DNA from: Spirochaetaceae bacterium | Lineage (GTDB): Bacteria; Spirochaetota; Spirochaetia; SZUA-6; Bin103 | NCBI GenBank assembly: GCA_028821475.1 | Contig: JAPPGB010000073.1 | Coordinates: forward strand, 71,485 to 135,484 | Direction of reading: 5' to 3' | DNA length: 64,000 nucleotides | Part shown: one piece after another, positions 44,966-53,766 of the stretch | Position numbering within the stretch: position 1 is the first letter of the stretch | Layout of the letters: each line of letters begins with the position of its first letter | Notes under the pieces: generated by a model | What the model saw: the letters and a program-made list of their open reading frames with translations, nothing else | Databases searched by the model: none | What the model was told of the DNA's origin: nothing | Position numbers and translations under genes: made by a program

Positions 44966-47067
44966 CGCGCGCCTCCCGCGTCCGCAAGGGCAAGTGGCCA
45001 CACCTCTCCGCAATGGCGGCGGCGAAGCTCCCAAGCGATCACGGTGAACGTCCAGCGTGAGTCTACCATGTCATCGACCAGGAGTACCGGGCCCGAGAGC
45101 ACCTGGTCCTGGTCGACGGCGAGCGATCGGAGAACATTGTGTGCCTGCTGGTAGCTGTTCTCCATCGTCTTCTGCTCCGGCCTCTCCTCCTTCCGTTCAA
45201 GTACCGGTCTGAAAGGAAGTTGCAGTTTCACCGCCAGCCGTCTGGCAAAGTCGGGCACCAAGTGCGGCCTACGGTGGGACGGGACCGCCGCAACCCAGGT
45301 GGGATAGGGGACAGGCTGCCATTCGCGAACCAAGGCGGCACACGCGTCGACAAGCTCGTCGGTGAAGTGATGGTCACGGTACTTTCCGTCTGATACCAGG
45401 CGGCCCCAACCGGCATCCATCCATGCGCAGAGTGCCCTGCCTGGTTGCGCACGATGCCCACGCTCGATCCGCCGGCCGGTCGGCCATAGCTTGCGCGGTA
45501 CTATCGCTAAGCTTGCGTTGCGGAGGAAGGAGATCGCATCTCTGACGCTGGCTGGGTGTACGGCTGTCGGCAGATCCGGCACGTCAGGCGGCTGGAAGCC
45601 GCCGGCGTCTCCGTCCAGGGCCTGGACGAGAAACTCCATGTGTCCGGAGGAAAGGTCGACGTACTCCTGCATCTGGCGCTGCTCTGCATGTCGGAGTTCG
45701 GTCAGCCGTTCCGTTCGCTCCCAGAACGCCCCATCGAGCCTCGCCGCCGTTAGCTGCCACTTCCCACCCAGCGCCGCGATCGGTGCCGGTGACTCGAGAG
45801 CCAGCAACTGGATCGTCTTCTGTATCCTCCCGTAGCTCAGGTTGACCTTGGTTTCGATTTCACGCACCGACAGACCGTCTGGGGCGGCCTCCAACGCGTC
45901 CAGAACGCCCGCAACCTGGGAGCGGGTCGGGAATGCGCTCGCAATGAAGAAGTTCGTGATGTCCGTTTCCTCGGCGCCGCTGAGCAGCACGCCGTAGGCC
46001 GCCTCGAGCGCCCGACCCGCGCGTCCCACCTGCTGATAGTAAGCGACGACCGAGCCGGGCGTCTGGTAGTGGATGACAAACGCCAAGTCCGGTTTGTCGA
46101 AGCCCATTCCCAGAGCCGTCGTCGCGACCAGCGCTTTCACCTCGTTGTCAAGGAGAGCTTGCTCCAGCTTTGGACGGCGATCACGGGTCTGTCCGGTGTA
46201 CGCCGCGGCGTCGATGCCCCGTGACTGGAGCCATCGAGCCACCTGCTCGGCGTCGCGCACGGTGAGCGTGTAGACGATGCCGCTTCCCGGAATCTCCAGG
46301 AGCCGATCGGAGAGCCACGCGAGCCGTTCCGCCTGACCGGGCATTCGTATCGTCTGCAGAGCAAGAGAAGGACGAGCGAGGTCGCCGCGTTGGGTTGTCA
46401 AGCGCGGGCCGAGTATGTCCCCGAGATCCTCCATGACCCGGTTGTTCGCCGTCGCGGTCGTCGCCAGCATTCGGAGGTTCGGCGGCAACACGCGGAGGGT
46501 GCGCTCGATTCTTCGATAGTCGGGGCGGAAATCATGGCCCCAGTCAGAGATGCAGTGCGCTTCGTCGACAACAACAAGCGATACCGCACCGCCGATCTGA
46601 GACAACACTTGACTATTGAAGCGTTCGTTGGCAAAGCGCTCCGGTGCGATGAGCAGAATGTCCACCTCATCGCGGCGTATCGTGGCCTCCACCTCGCGCC
46701 AGCGCTCCGAATTGTCCGAGTTGATGGTCACGGCTCGCACACCCATGCGCTTCGCGGCAGCGATCTGGTTGCGCATGAGCGCCAGCAGGGGGCTGACGAG
46801 CAGCGCCGGGCCCATGCCGGCCTCACGTAGCAGCTTGGTCGCGATGAAGTAGACGAAGCTCTTCCCCCAACCCGTCTTCTGCACCACCAGCAGGCGCCCG
46901 TTTCCGAGGAACACGTGCCGAATGGCACTCTCCTGCCCAGCCCGAAACCGTGCTGACGGATCCCCTACCCCGACTCGCAGCAGCGCCAACGCCCGTGCCG
47001 ATGGAAAGCGCCTCGTCGTGTGTTTCACCATCCGCGCGGCACTGGTCGCTCGCTGGGCAGCCTGCAT
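44962..47067 (-). CDS. recQ: RecQ-family helicase fused to a C-terminal ComF-like phosphoribosyltransferase domain
   Basis: Motif I VVQKTGWGKSFVYFIA, motif II VVVDEAHCISDWGHDFRPDY and an RQC-like wHTH. The tail ...RPHLVPDFARRLAVKLQLPF...GPVLLVDDMVDSRWTFTV resembles the ComF/PRTase PRPP loop. Confidence 0.85.
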   Translation of the reverse strand: MQAAQRATSAARMVKHTTRRFPSARALALLRVGVGDPSARFRAGQESAIRHVFLGNGRLLVVQKTGWGKSFVYFIATKLLREAGMGPALLVSPLLALMRNQIAAAKRMGVRAVTINSDNSERWREVEATIRRDEVDILLIAPERFANERFNSQVLSQIGGAVSLVVVDEAHCISDWGHDFRPDYRRIERTLRVLPPNLRMLATTATANNRVMEDLGDILGPRLTTQRGDLARPSLALQTIRMPGQAERLAWLSDRLLEIPGSGIVYTLTVRDAEQVARWLQSRGIDAAAYTGQTRDRRPKLEQALLDNEVKALVATTALGMGFDKPDLAFVIHYQTPGSVVAYYQQVGRAGRALEAAYGVLLSGAEETDITNFFIASAFPTRSQVAGVLDALEAAPDGLSVREIETKVNLSYGRIQKTIQLLALESPAPIAALGGKWQLTAARLDGAFWERTERLTELRHAEQRQMQEYVDLSSGHMEFLVQALDGDAGGFQPPDVPDLPTAVHPASVRDAISFLRNASLAIVPRKLWPTGRRIERGHRAQPGRALCAWMDAGWGRLVSDGKYRDHHFTDELVDACAALVREWQPVPYPTWVAAVPSHRRPHLVPDFARRLAVKLQLPFRPVLERKEERPEQKTMENSYQQAHNVLRSLAVDQDQVLSGPVLLVDDMVDSRWTFTVIAWELRRRHCGEVWPLALADAGGAR

Positions 47068-47070
47068 CGC

Positions 47071-48582
47071 TCACGATGACGCGGAGAGGCTCAACATCTC
47101 CACCGCCTCGGTGCGATCCAGGTGCGGGTGGGCGAACTGATTGCGATAGCTGCGTAAGCAGCCGTAGCAACTCGAATCGCACCCGCACGTGCCGCTCACG
47201 CGGTCCCGAGCGTGCCGCAGCACCTCGCTGAACACGTCTTCGCGCTCCAGTTGAGCAACGAGTCCTGCGCCACCGGGTACGTTGTCATACAGCACTATCG
47301 ACGCGGTAGTCGATGCCACGGTCGCCGTCACGTCGACTCCGGCGATGGTGACGTTCAGGTCGGTGTCTGGAACACCCAACCGTTCGGCGGCTCCCAAAAG
47401 GAGAGCATAACCCACGGAATAGGCCGTCCACTCGCCATCAAGGTGGGGAACTTGCAGCCGCACCACGTCGGTAACCAGTTCGTGCCCCAGCGAGAAGTGC
47501 CGTAGCATACCTGAACAAGGCGTGTCCCACGGTGTTCGGTGTTCATGTTCCTGTTCGGTGAGGTGGCTCCCGCATGTGAGGCAGATATAGAACCCCTGCC
47601 GGTTGTGCCCCTCGCAGAGTACGACGAGCGTACCGGGCGCCGCCTTCGTCACCGCGATGCCGAGCAGATTCGTCGTCTCCGGGACATCAGCGCCGAATCC
47701 CTTGAAGAAAGGGCGAGTCGTGTAGAGCCGGCGCACGCGTCCGCGCGGCTCCGTCGGCGGCTGAAAGAGCGCCGTAACGAACCCGAACTGGGGGATGAGA
47801 TACTGTCTCATATTTTGAGGCCGCAGCCCTCGGTCTTCGACCTGTTCGAAGTTCCGCGCCTCGTTGTAGTCGTAATAGGGCGTCTGCAGCGCCTTGCCCG
47901 GTACCATCTTTACGCCCACCGACTCCCACTCCCGCTTATCCGCGATCACCTTGCCACCGGGCGCGTACTCGGCAATCGCCTGCGACAGGTCCCTCTGTAG
48001 CGCCACTCGGTGAGCATCGCGCGCCTGGCCGTTCCGGGTATCGAGCTCCACCACGTCTACCGGAAATCCATACTTCGGGATAGCCGCCTTGCGTGACAGG
48101 AAGCTCAGGGTCTGCTCCTCGGCAATGGTCTTCATGCGACGCTCGATGTGTCCGACCTTGGTCGTCCACCCCTTCGGCTGCTCACGCATGAGAGCATCCT
48201 TCGTGTCCTGCATCGCGCGATAGTCTGCGCACACTTCCGCCTCGACCTCGGCAAGGCGGCTATCCGGTCCGGCGACGTGATCGATCCAGCGATCACCCGT
48301 CAATCCAGTGGATTCGTGGATCCGCTCGGGAACAATGTCTCGCAAAGCGAACCTCACCGCATCGACGGTCCCACAGAAGCGTCTCAATTCGGAGACGGCA
48401 TCCGGGTTGTGCCAGTCGCCAACGAACCCCTCAACATTCTTGAAGCGAGCGCGATTTGCGCCGTCCTTGAAGAACGAGGACAATGCGCAGGCGGCCATAT
48501 GCCGAACCACGATTTTCGTGTTCGTTACCTGCAGGCAGCTCCAGCGCATCGCGCACACGAAGCTCGTCGAGGAGATAACCAA
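47071..48582 (-). CDS. C-terminal part of the DEAD/DEAH helicase: DUF1998 (MZB) zinc module
   Basis: CLTCGSHL...TPCSG and GTCGCDSSCYGCLRSYRNQFAHPHLDR cysteine clusters, plus IVLYDNVPGGAGL. The frame overlaps the upstream helicase ORF by 152 nt. Confidence 0.8.
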   Translation of the reverse strand: MVISSTSFVCAMRWSCLQVTNTKIVVRHMAACALSSFFKDGANRARFKNVEGFVGDWHNPDAVSELRRFCGTVDAVRFALRDIVPERIHESTGLTGDRWIDHVAGPDSRLAEVEAEVCADYRAMQDTKDALMREQPKGWTTKVGHIERRMKTIAEEQTLSFLSRKAAIPKYGFPVDVVELDTRNGQARDAHRVALQRDLSQAIAEYAPGGKVIADKREWESVGVKMVPGKALQTPYYDYNEARNFEQVEDRGLRPQNMRQYLIPQFGFVTALFQPPTEPRGRVRRLYTTRPFFKGFGADVPETTNLLGIAVTKAAPGTLVVLCEGHNRQGFYICLTCGSHLTEQEHEHRTPWDTPCSGMLRHFSLGHELVTDVVRLQVPHLDGEWTAYSVGYALLLGAAERLGVPDTDLNVTIAGVDVTATVASTTASIVLYDNVPGGAGLVAQLEREDVFSEVLRHARDRVSGTCGCDSSCYGCLRSYRNQFAHPHLDRTEAVEMLSLSASS

Positions 48583-50539
48583 GCAGACGGCGAGCCTCTT
48601 GCTGCGACAGCCCCCACGGCGGCATCCTCACCGTCTCTGGCAGCGCGACATCGTCGGGAATCTTTATGCTCCAATTGACCAGTCCGACGCCGCTCAACGA
48701 CAGCCGGCGCTCGTCGGTCAACGCCTCGCGCAGAATCGACTGCAACACCCTCCTGTGTCTTCCTTCCGCGGTGTCGGCAGCGCTGAACAGCCCAGCGTGA
48801 TCCCACTGGTTGAGCAACCGCGATCTGAAGTCGTCGATGGACAGCCCCTCGGGAGCGATCGCGCCGGCTTGCAGAGCACGCAGCATGAGATTTCGATCGC
48901 GCAGCTTGCGGTAGGAGTCCTCGGCGTACCAGGCGAAGAACGCCGCTTCCTGCCGACTGTCGGCAAACGCCAACAGCTTGCGTCCCTCCTCCGGCAGAAG
49001 CTCGTGCAGCGCGGTGGCGATAACCGCGTTCGGTCCGTCCGAACCGTGGACGATCTCCTGCACGGGGTCGCCCACGCCGCCACGCTGATAGCCGCAGGTC
49101 GCACACTCCTTCAATTGATCGGGTTGATCCTTGTGGGACGCGCATTTTACGACGTAAAGCACCGCCGAATCGCCGCAGGTGCACGCCGGCTTAGCGTTTG
49201 CAGCGCCGGGCAAGCGGCCACAACGACGACACAACGCGTGCGAGGCACCGGCACTCGACTCCAATGGCCGATAGTATTCGACCCCGAAGCCCGGCTGGCT
49301 GGGATCCCGCACCGCCTCCTCCAGGAGGCCACCGCGCTCCCGACCAACGTAGTAGTGCTGGCCACATTCGCGACACAGTGCGATCTCGAGCGGCACGGAC
49401 TCGGTCCCATCTGCGAACTCCCCCTTGCGGTTGAGAACCACGGCGTCGTGGCCCTCACGGTGCACCAGGAACGCACCCTCGAGCGCGCGCAGGAACACGT
49501 GATAACGGCGTGGCGACCGCCGGTCGCGCGACTGTGACGAGCCGAAGATGACGCCGGACGAAGAAAATGATTCTCCGAACAGCTCCGCGGCGAATTCCGC
49601 CACGGCGGTCTTGTCATCCTCTCTCTCGCCGGACGACAGCGTTGCGCTGGTGGCGATGCACCGGAACGGTTCGCTTCGCCCACCGGCGGTCAGCCGCTGC
49701 TTGAGGCGCCGAATCAACATGCCCATCTCCATACCCTTGGCGCCTCGGTACTGATGCGCCTCATCCAGGACGATGAACTGCCAAAGCGTGCCGCGTCCGC
49801 CATCGAACAGCGGGCTGTCATCGGGCCGAATGAGCAGGTACTCAAGCATCGAGTAGTTGGTGAGCAGAATGTGAGGTGGCGTGCTGCGCATCTCTTCGCG
49901 GAAGATCAACTCGCCGGCGAGTCGTTCTTCATCGCGATCTCCCGCGTTTCGCCACCGGTCGTTCCTGTCCTCAGGCGTCTGGCCAATGTATTGCCCGAAG
50001 GTCGGATGGAAATCCGATCCTGCGCCGTGCAGCGATTTCGCTATTTCACCGAGCCGTTCCCGCTGATCGTTCGCGAGCGCATTCATCGGATACAGAATCA
50101 TCGCACGCACACCCGGTTCCCCGAGCTCTCCCGCAAGATGCTGTCGGTACAGCTCGAACAGAATAGGATAGAGAAAGCTCTCCGTCTTGCCGCTCGCCGT
50201 ACCGGTCGCGACGACGACGTTGCGCCGCTCCCCGAAGGCAGCGCGAACCGCGCGCTCCTGGTGTACGTACAGCGATCCCTTCCTGAGTCCCGGAAGCAAG
50301 TCGCCCGCCCTCCCCGGAAACCACTCTCGCGCCAACTCGTGCGCCTCCGTACCGTGATCGAAGCCGCGATCATGTTCCTCGTACGGCCCCTTCAGCAGGC
50401 TACCCTCCTCCCGCAGGGCGGACTCGAAGGAATCCCGCAGTTCACGATCCTTGAAGAAAAACGATGTCTTCAGGTAACTCTCGTAGCGACTCCGAATCCG
50501 ATCCGTCCAGTGTTCTATTTCGTTAGCTTCAGGCATCAA
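48431..50539 (-). CDS. N-terminal part of the DEAD/DEAH-box SF2 helicase (YprA/MrfA-like)
   Basis: Motif I VVVATGTASGKTESFLYPIL, motif II FIVLDEAHQYRGAKG and an internal Cys-rich insert (CRECGQHYY...CRRCG). The last roughly 40 codons look non-protein-like and precede the frame change. Confidence 0.8.
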   Translation of the reverse strand: MMPEANEIEHWTDRIRSRYESYLKTSFFFKDRELRDSFESALREEGSLLKGPYEEHDRGFDHGTEAHELAREWFPGRAGDLLPGLRKGSLYVHQERAVRAAFGERRNVVVATGTASGKTESFLYPILFELYRQHLAGELGEPGVRAMILYPMNALANDQRERLGEIAKSLHGAGSDFHPTFGQYIGQTPEDRNDRWRNAGDRDEERLAGELIFREEMRSTPPHILLTNYSMLEYLLIRPDDSPLFDGGRGTLWQFIVLDEAHQYRGAKGMEMGMLIRRLKQRLTAGGRSEPFRCIATSATLSSGEREDDKTAVAEFAAELFGESFSSSGVIFGSSQSRDRRSPRRYHVFLRALEGAFLVHREGHDAVVLNRKGEFADGTESVPLEIALCRECGQHYYVGRERGGLLEEAVRDPSQPGFGVEYYRPLESSAGASHALCRRCGRLPGAANAKPACTCGDSAVLYVVKCASHKDQPDQLKECATCGYQRGGVGDPVQEIVHGSDGPNAVIATALHELLPEEGRKLLAFADSRQEAAFFAWYAEDSYRKLRDRNLMLRALQAGAIAPEGLSIDDFRSRLLNQWDHAGLFSAADTAEGRHRRVLQSILREALTDERRLSLSGVGLVNWSIKIPDDVALPETVRMPPWGLSQQEARRLLGYLLDELRVRDALELPAGNEHENRGSAYGRLRIVLVLQGRRKSRSLQEC

Positions 50540-50571
50540 ATCCTACCTCTTTTTGTAGACTCTGTTGAGTT

Positions 50572-51438
50572 TCAATCGTGACGAATGATGTCACCGCGCC
50601 GCCACCGTTTAACACAGTCGAAATAGGTACACGATCGATAGATGACGCGACTATCACGAATCAACTTGAAGCCTCGAACCGCATGCGGATACCGACGGAA
50701 CTCTTCCGCCTGATCGAAGGAGAAGGAGACACTCTCCGGAATCTGTTCGGCCGTCACTTGGATCAGTATTAAGACCGTGGAGCCGAACTTGGCTCTTAAC
50801 AATGTATCTTCACTTAACCGGCTATCGATCGGTGAGTCGTCCGTGAAGTCGATTAGCGGAAGCTCTAAGATTCGAGCCGCTTCTTCGACCGCAAATGTCG
50901 AGCGATAACTCCGCCTCAAATCGTGATCGAAACCCACGTCGACGGCATCGAACTCTCGTGGTAGACGGACCCGAACCGTAGCGTCGGCGGCGGCGTAGTC
51001 ACGAAACTCGCTCCGCGTCATGGTCAACGGAGTCGCGGACCACACGGCTGACTCCTCGCCGTCGTGCCTGAGACCCCACCATATCCTCGGTAACCTGATC
51101 AACAGATCCAGACTGCCCGATCGAGTCTTTATCGTGCAGGAAACCTCGTCGGCGTCTGGATGTGGCTGTGCCACGATGGCCCTTTCCTCTTCCACCCACC
51201 GTTGGCGCTTCGCGTTCAGCGAGGGCCGAATAGCGGATCCCCTGTTCCCTACGAACTGTACCTTGATCGGTGTATGGCCTTCGTTCTCGGGCGGCAGCAG
51301 TGTTTCTGGTGTGTAGGGTTTCCCATCCACGAGGATCTCGTGGAGGCCCTCGACGTAGCGGAACTCCCCGCTGTCGGACAGCCTCGTAGCACTGTCGTAC
51401 ACGCGCACAAAGAACCGCCCCTGACGCTGATTCAGCAC
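50572..51438 (-). CDS. Hypothetical 288-aa protein, first conserved-looking gene of the helicase cassette
   Basis: ORF with a GTG start and no recognisable motif. Ends 32 nt before the helicase ATG, which is preceded by GAGGTAGGA. Local GC is lower by eye. Confidence 0.5.
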   Translation of the reverse strand: MLNQRQGRFFVRVYDSATRLSDSGEFRYVEGLHEILVDGKPYTPETLLPPENEGHTPIKVQFVGNRGSAIRPSLNAKRQRWVEEERAIVAQPHPDADEVSCTIKTRSGSLDLLIRLPRIWWGLRHDGEESAVWSATPLTMTRSEFRDYAAADATVRVRLPREFDAVDVGFDHDLRRSYRSTFAVEEAARILELPLIDFTDDSPIDSRLSEDTLLRAKFGSTVLILIQVTAEQIPESVSFSFDQAEEFRRYPHAVRGFKLIRDSRVIYRSCTYFDCVKRWRRGDIIRHD

Positions 51439-51439
51439 G

Positions 51440-51859
51440 TCGGCCAGCGACCGTTCCTCGGGAAGGAAGTTCTCCCAATCGGCCGTCGAGAGAAAAAGCA
51501 GTCGTGGAACCGAACCGTAACATCAACCCACGGCTGATTCGGGGGACTAAATCGCTCAAATCCCTCTTGCCATCGGCAAGCGCGCGGGCATGGAGCTGAG
51601 CATCTACCGTCAGAACTCTCAGGTGCGGTCTGAGCTCACGGAGGAACTCCTGCGCTTTGTCGGACCCGAGCCGTGCCTGAACAAGCGCCAGCAACTCCGC
51701 ACAGACGTAGCTTGACGTGACTAGCCGAGCGCCACAAAGGAGCAGCTTGTCCCAGGCCGCGACAACCCGGTCGTGCGCCTCATGCGCCGAGTCGAGCAGC
51801 GCGTAGAGCACGGTCGAGTCAACGAACACGTCGTTCCCGTCTGGGCGCCCCATGGACAT
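51440..51859 (-). CDS. PIN-domain (VapC-like) reading frame with an undefined 3-prime end
   Basis: VFVDSTVLYALLD...SYVCAELLALV...GSTTAFSLD follows the PIN layout. The third acidic position reads LVP instead of LVD. This frame has no stop until 50999 and overlaps the 288-aa ORF. Confidence 0.5.
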
Positions 51860-51989
51860 GCGAAACCAGATCGATTATAGACAGCCGGCACAGTTTTGGC
51901 CATGCGCACAGTGCCAGTGCCGAACCACTCTGACGCGGTCCCGCAAGCCCGCGTCGCTCGCGGCGATAGCGCCTGGAGTCACCGGTGTT

Positions 51990-52485
51990 GCAGCGCGCAC
52001 CATGGTCACCAAGCTTACGCTCGACTTCCGCGAGGAGGTGCGGGGAGCCAAGCATCCGTGGCGGTTCCTGGCCAGCAACATGTCCGACGGCACTCTGCGC
52101 GCGCTTGGCGTCCTCGTGGCGCTGTTCCAGGGCAACGGTGAAGCCGCGGGACGCCTTGGTAGGCATCGAAGAACCGGAGAGCGCCCTGCATCCCGCCGCC
52201 GGCGTCCTCATCGACAGCCTCACCGACGCCAGCCAACTGGCGCCGGTCGTGGTGACGAGCCACAGCGCGGATCTGCTCGACAATGACGCTGTCCCCGACA
52301 GCGCGATCCTGGCCGTCCTCTCCGAACACGCCGAACCCACAATCGGTCCCCTCGATGAGGCCGAACGCTCCGCGCTCCGCGATCACCTGTTCACCGCCGG
52401 CGAGTTGCTGCGGATGGACCAGTTGCGCCCCGATCCGGAACAGGCAGCCCCCCGCCAGCTCGATCTGTTCGCGAGCACCCGCTGA
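51990..52485 (+). pseudogene. C-terminal half of an AAA_21/ABC-type ATPase, 5-prime truncated and frameshifted
   Basis: MSDGTLRALGVLVAL (signature) is in one frame, and LVGIEEPESALHP (Walker B) plus VVVTSHSADLL are in another. No Walker A region is present. Confidence 0.6.
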
Positions 52486-52488
52486 CGG

Positions 52489-52812
52489 ATGTCGACAGTC
52501 GTTGCGATAGTGGAAGGGCCGGGCGAAGTGGAAGCCGTACCGATCCTGATCCGGCGCATCGCTGCCGCGGCTATACCCGACGCCGTACCGCACATGCCGA
52601 GACCGATTCGGATAAAGCGCGACCGCTTCCTCAAGGAGAACGAAACTGGAGCGGTACGTGGACCTGGCGGCCCGCCAGTCCGGCCCTGATGGCGGCGTAC
52701 TGATCGTACTGGACGCCGACGACGACTGTCCGCCGAAGCTCGCTGCAACGAACTTTCGGCGGGCGACGCACGCACGCAGCGACCGCCCTATCAAGGTAGT
52801 ATTGGCGAGGAC
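52489..52812 (+). pseudogene. DUF4276-family gene, frameshifted and 3-prime truncated
   Basis: VVAIVEGPGEVEAVPILIRRI, then in a second frame GVLIVLDADDDCPPKLA. The reading frame runs into the convergent gene ending at 52825. Confidence 0.6.
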
Positions 52813-52824
52813 GCTGCGGGCTCT

Positions 52825-53766
52825 TCATTGGCGCAAGCGTTTCAGTGCGCGGAGTGCGCGGAGCGTGATCCATCGGTTTGGTTCTCCGGGAGCACCGGCG
52901 ATCTCCTCGTAGAGGGTGTCCTTGTGCCGCACGTCCAGGCGCCAGCGTCCATCGGGAAGCTGACGGCTTGCAACTGTCTCGATGGCTTCCGCCAGGCGTG
53001 GATCGTCCTCAAAGCCCGCAGTCACCGCGTATTCGAGGCCCCGCAGGAGATCGTAGTGCCACAATGGAGGAAAGGCGAGGCGCCTCCAACCTTCGTCGAT
53101 GACACCACCCGTGGAGAGCCGCCGGAGGAGGTGCCGCTCCAGCAGATACTCTGCACCACGCTCGCGGGCTTCCGTGATGGCCGGGTCTTCCCCGAAGGAC
53201 TGCTCGTGTGCGAGCAAGCCCTCCAGGACGCAAATCGTCGTATGGAATGAGGAGCGCACGGAGCCGCGGTGCGCCTCACAGTTCCACCCACCATCTCCGA
53301 GCTGCTCGCTCAGCAGAAGGTCCACCAATCGGAGGCTCGGCTTCCCAAAGTAGGCGCCGAGCGCCACCACGCGCCCGTTGATGCAGGGCTCTTCCTCCCC
53401 CTCGAAGAACGGAGAGTCTCCGTGCCACGGGCCCCAGGTCACGTTCGAGTGCACCAGCTCGATGGCGTGTCGAGTGCGATCGCTTGCAGGATCCACGCCG
53501 AGATCACGCAGGTAGAGGAGGGTGTACAGGTTCGTCCACCAGAACGGGTGCGCTTCTCCATCGCCCCACTGCCCGTCGGGGCGCTGCTCATCGAGCAGTC
53601 GTCGGCCCCATCCCTCATCTGCCACGCGGGCACGCTCGGCGGCGACGTTATCGACGTCGACCAGATCCTGGAGGACTTGCCAGCGGATGGACGGGTCTGA
53701 GTCAAGAAGCCAATCCAGCACCGAGGCGGCGGGGGGCCACGCCGTAGTGTCTGTGTCGCGCACCAT
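52825..53766 (-). CDS. Prenyltransferase/terpenoid-cyclase-like alpha-alpha toroid protein
   Basis: Repeated Q/D-x-x-DG-x-W units (EQRPDGQWGD, EQLGDGGWNC, RQLPDGRWRL) are typical of squalene-cyclase-type repeats. ATG at 53766. Confidence 0.55.
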   Translation of the reverse strand: MVRDTDTTAWPPAASVLDWLLDSDPSIRWQVLQDLVDVDNVAAERARVADEGWGRRLLDEQRPDGQWGDGEAHPFWWTNLYTLLYLRDLGVDPASDRTRHAIELVHSNVTWGPWHGDSPFFEGEEEPCINGRVVALGAYFGKPSLRLVDLLLSEQLGDGGWNCEAHRGSVRSSFHTTICVLEGLLAHEQSFGEDPAITEARERGAEYLLERHLLRRLSTGGVIDEGWRRLAFPPLWHYDLLRGLEYAVTAGFEDDPRLAEAIETVASRQLPDGRWRLDVRHKDTLYEEIAGAPGEPNRWITLRALRALKRLRQ

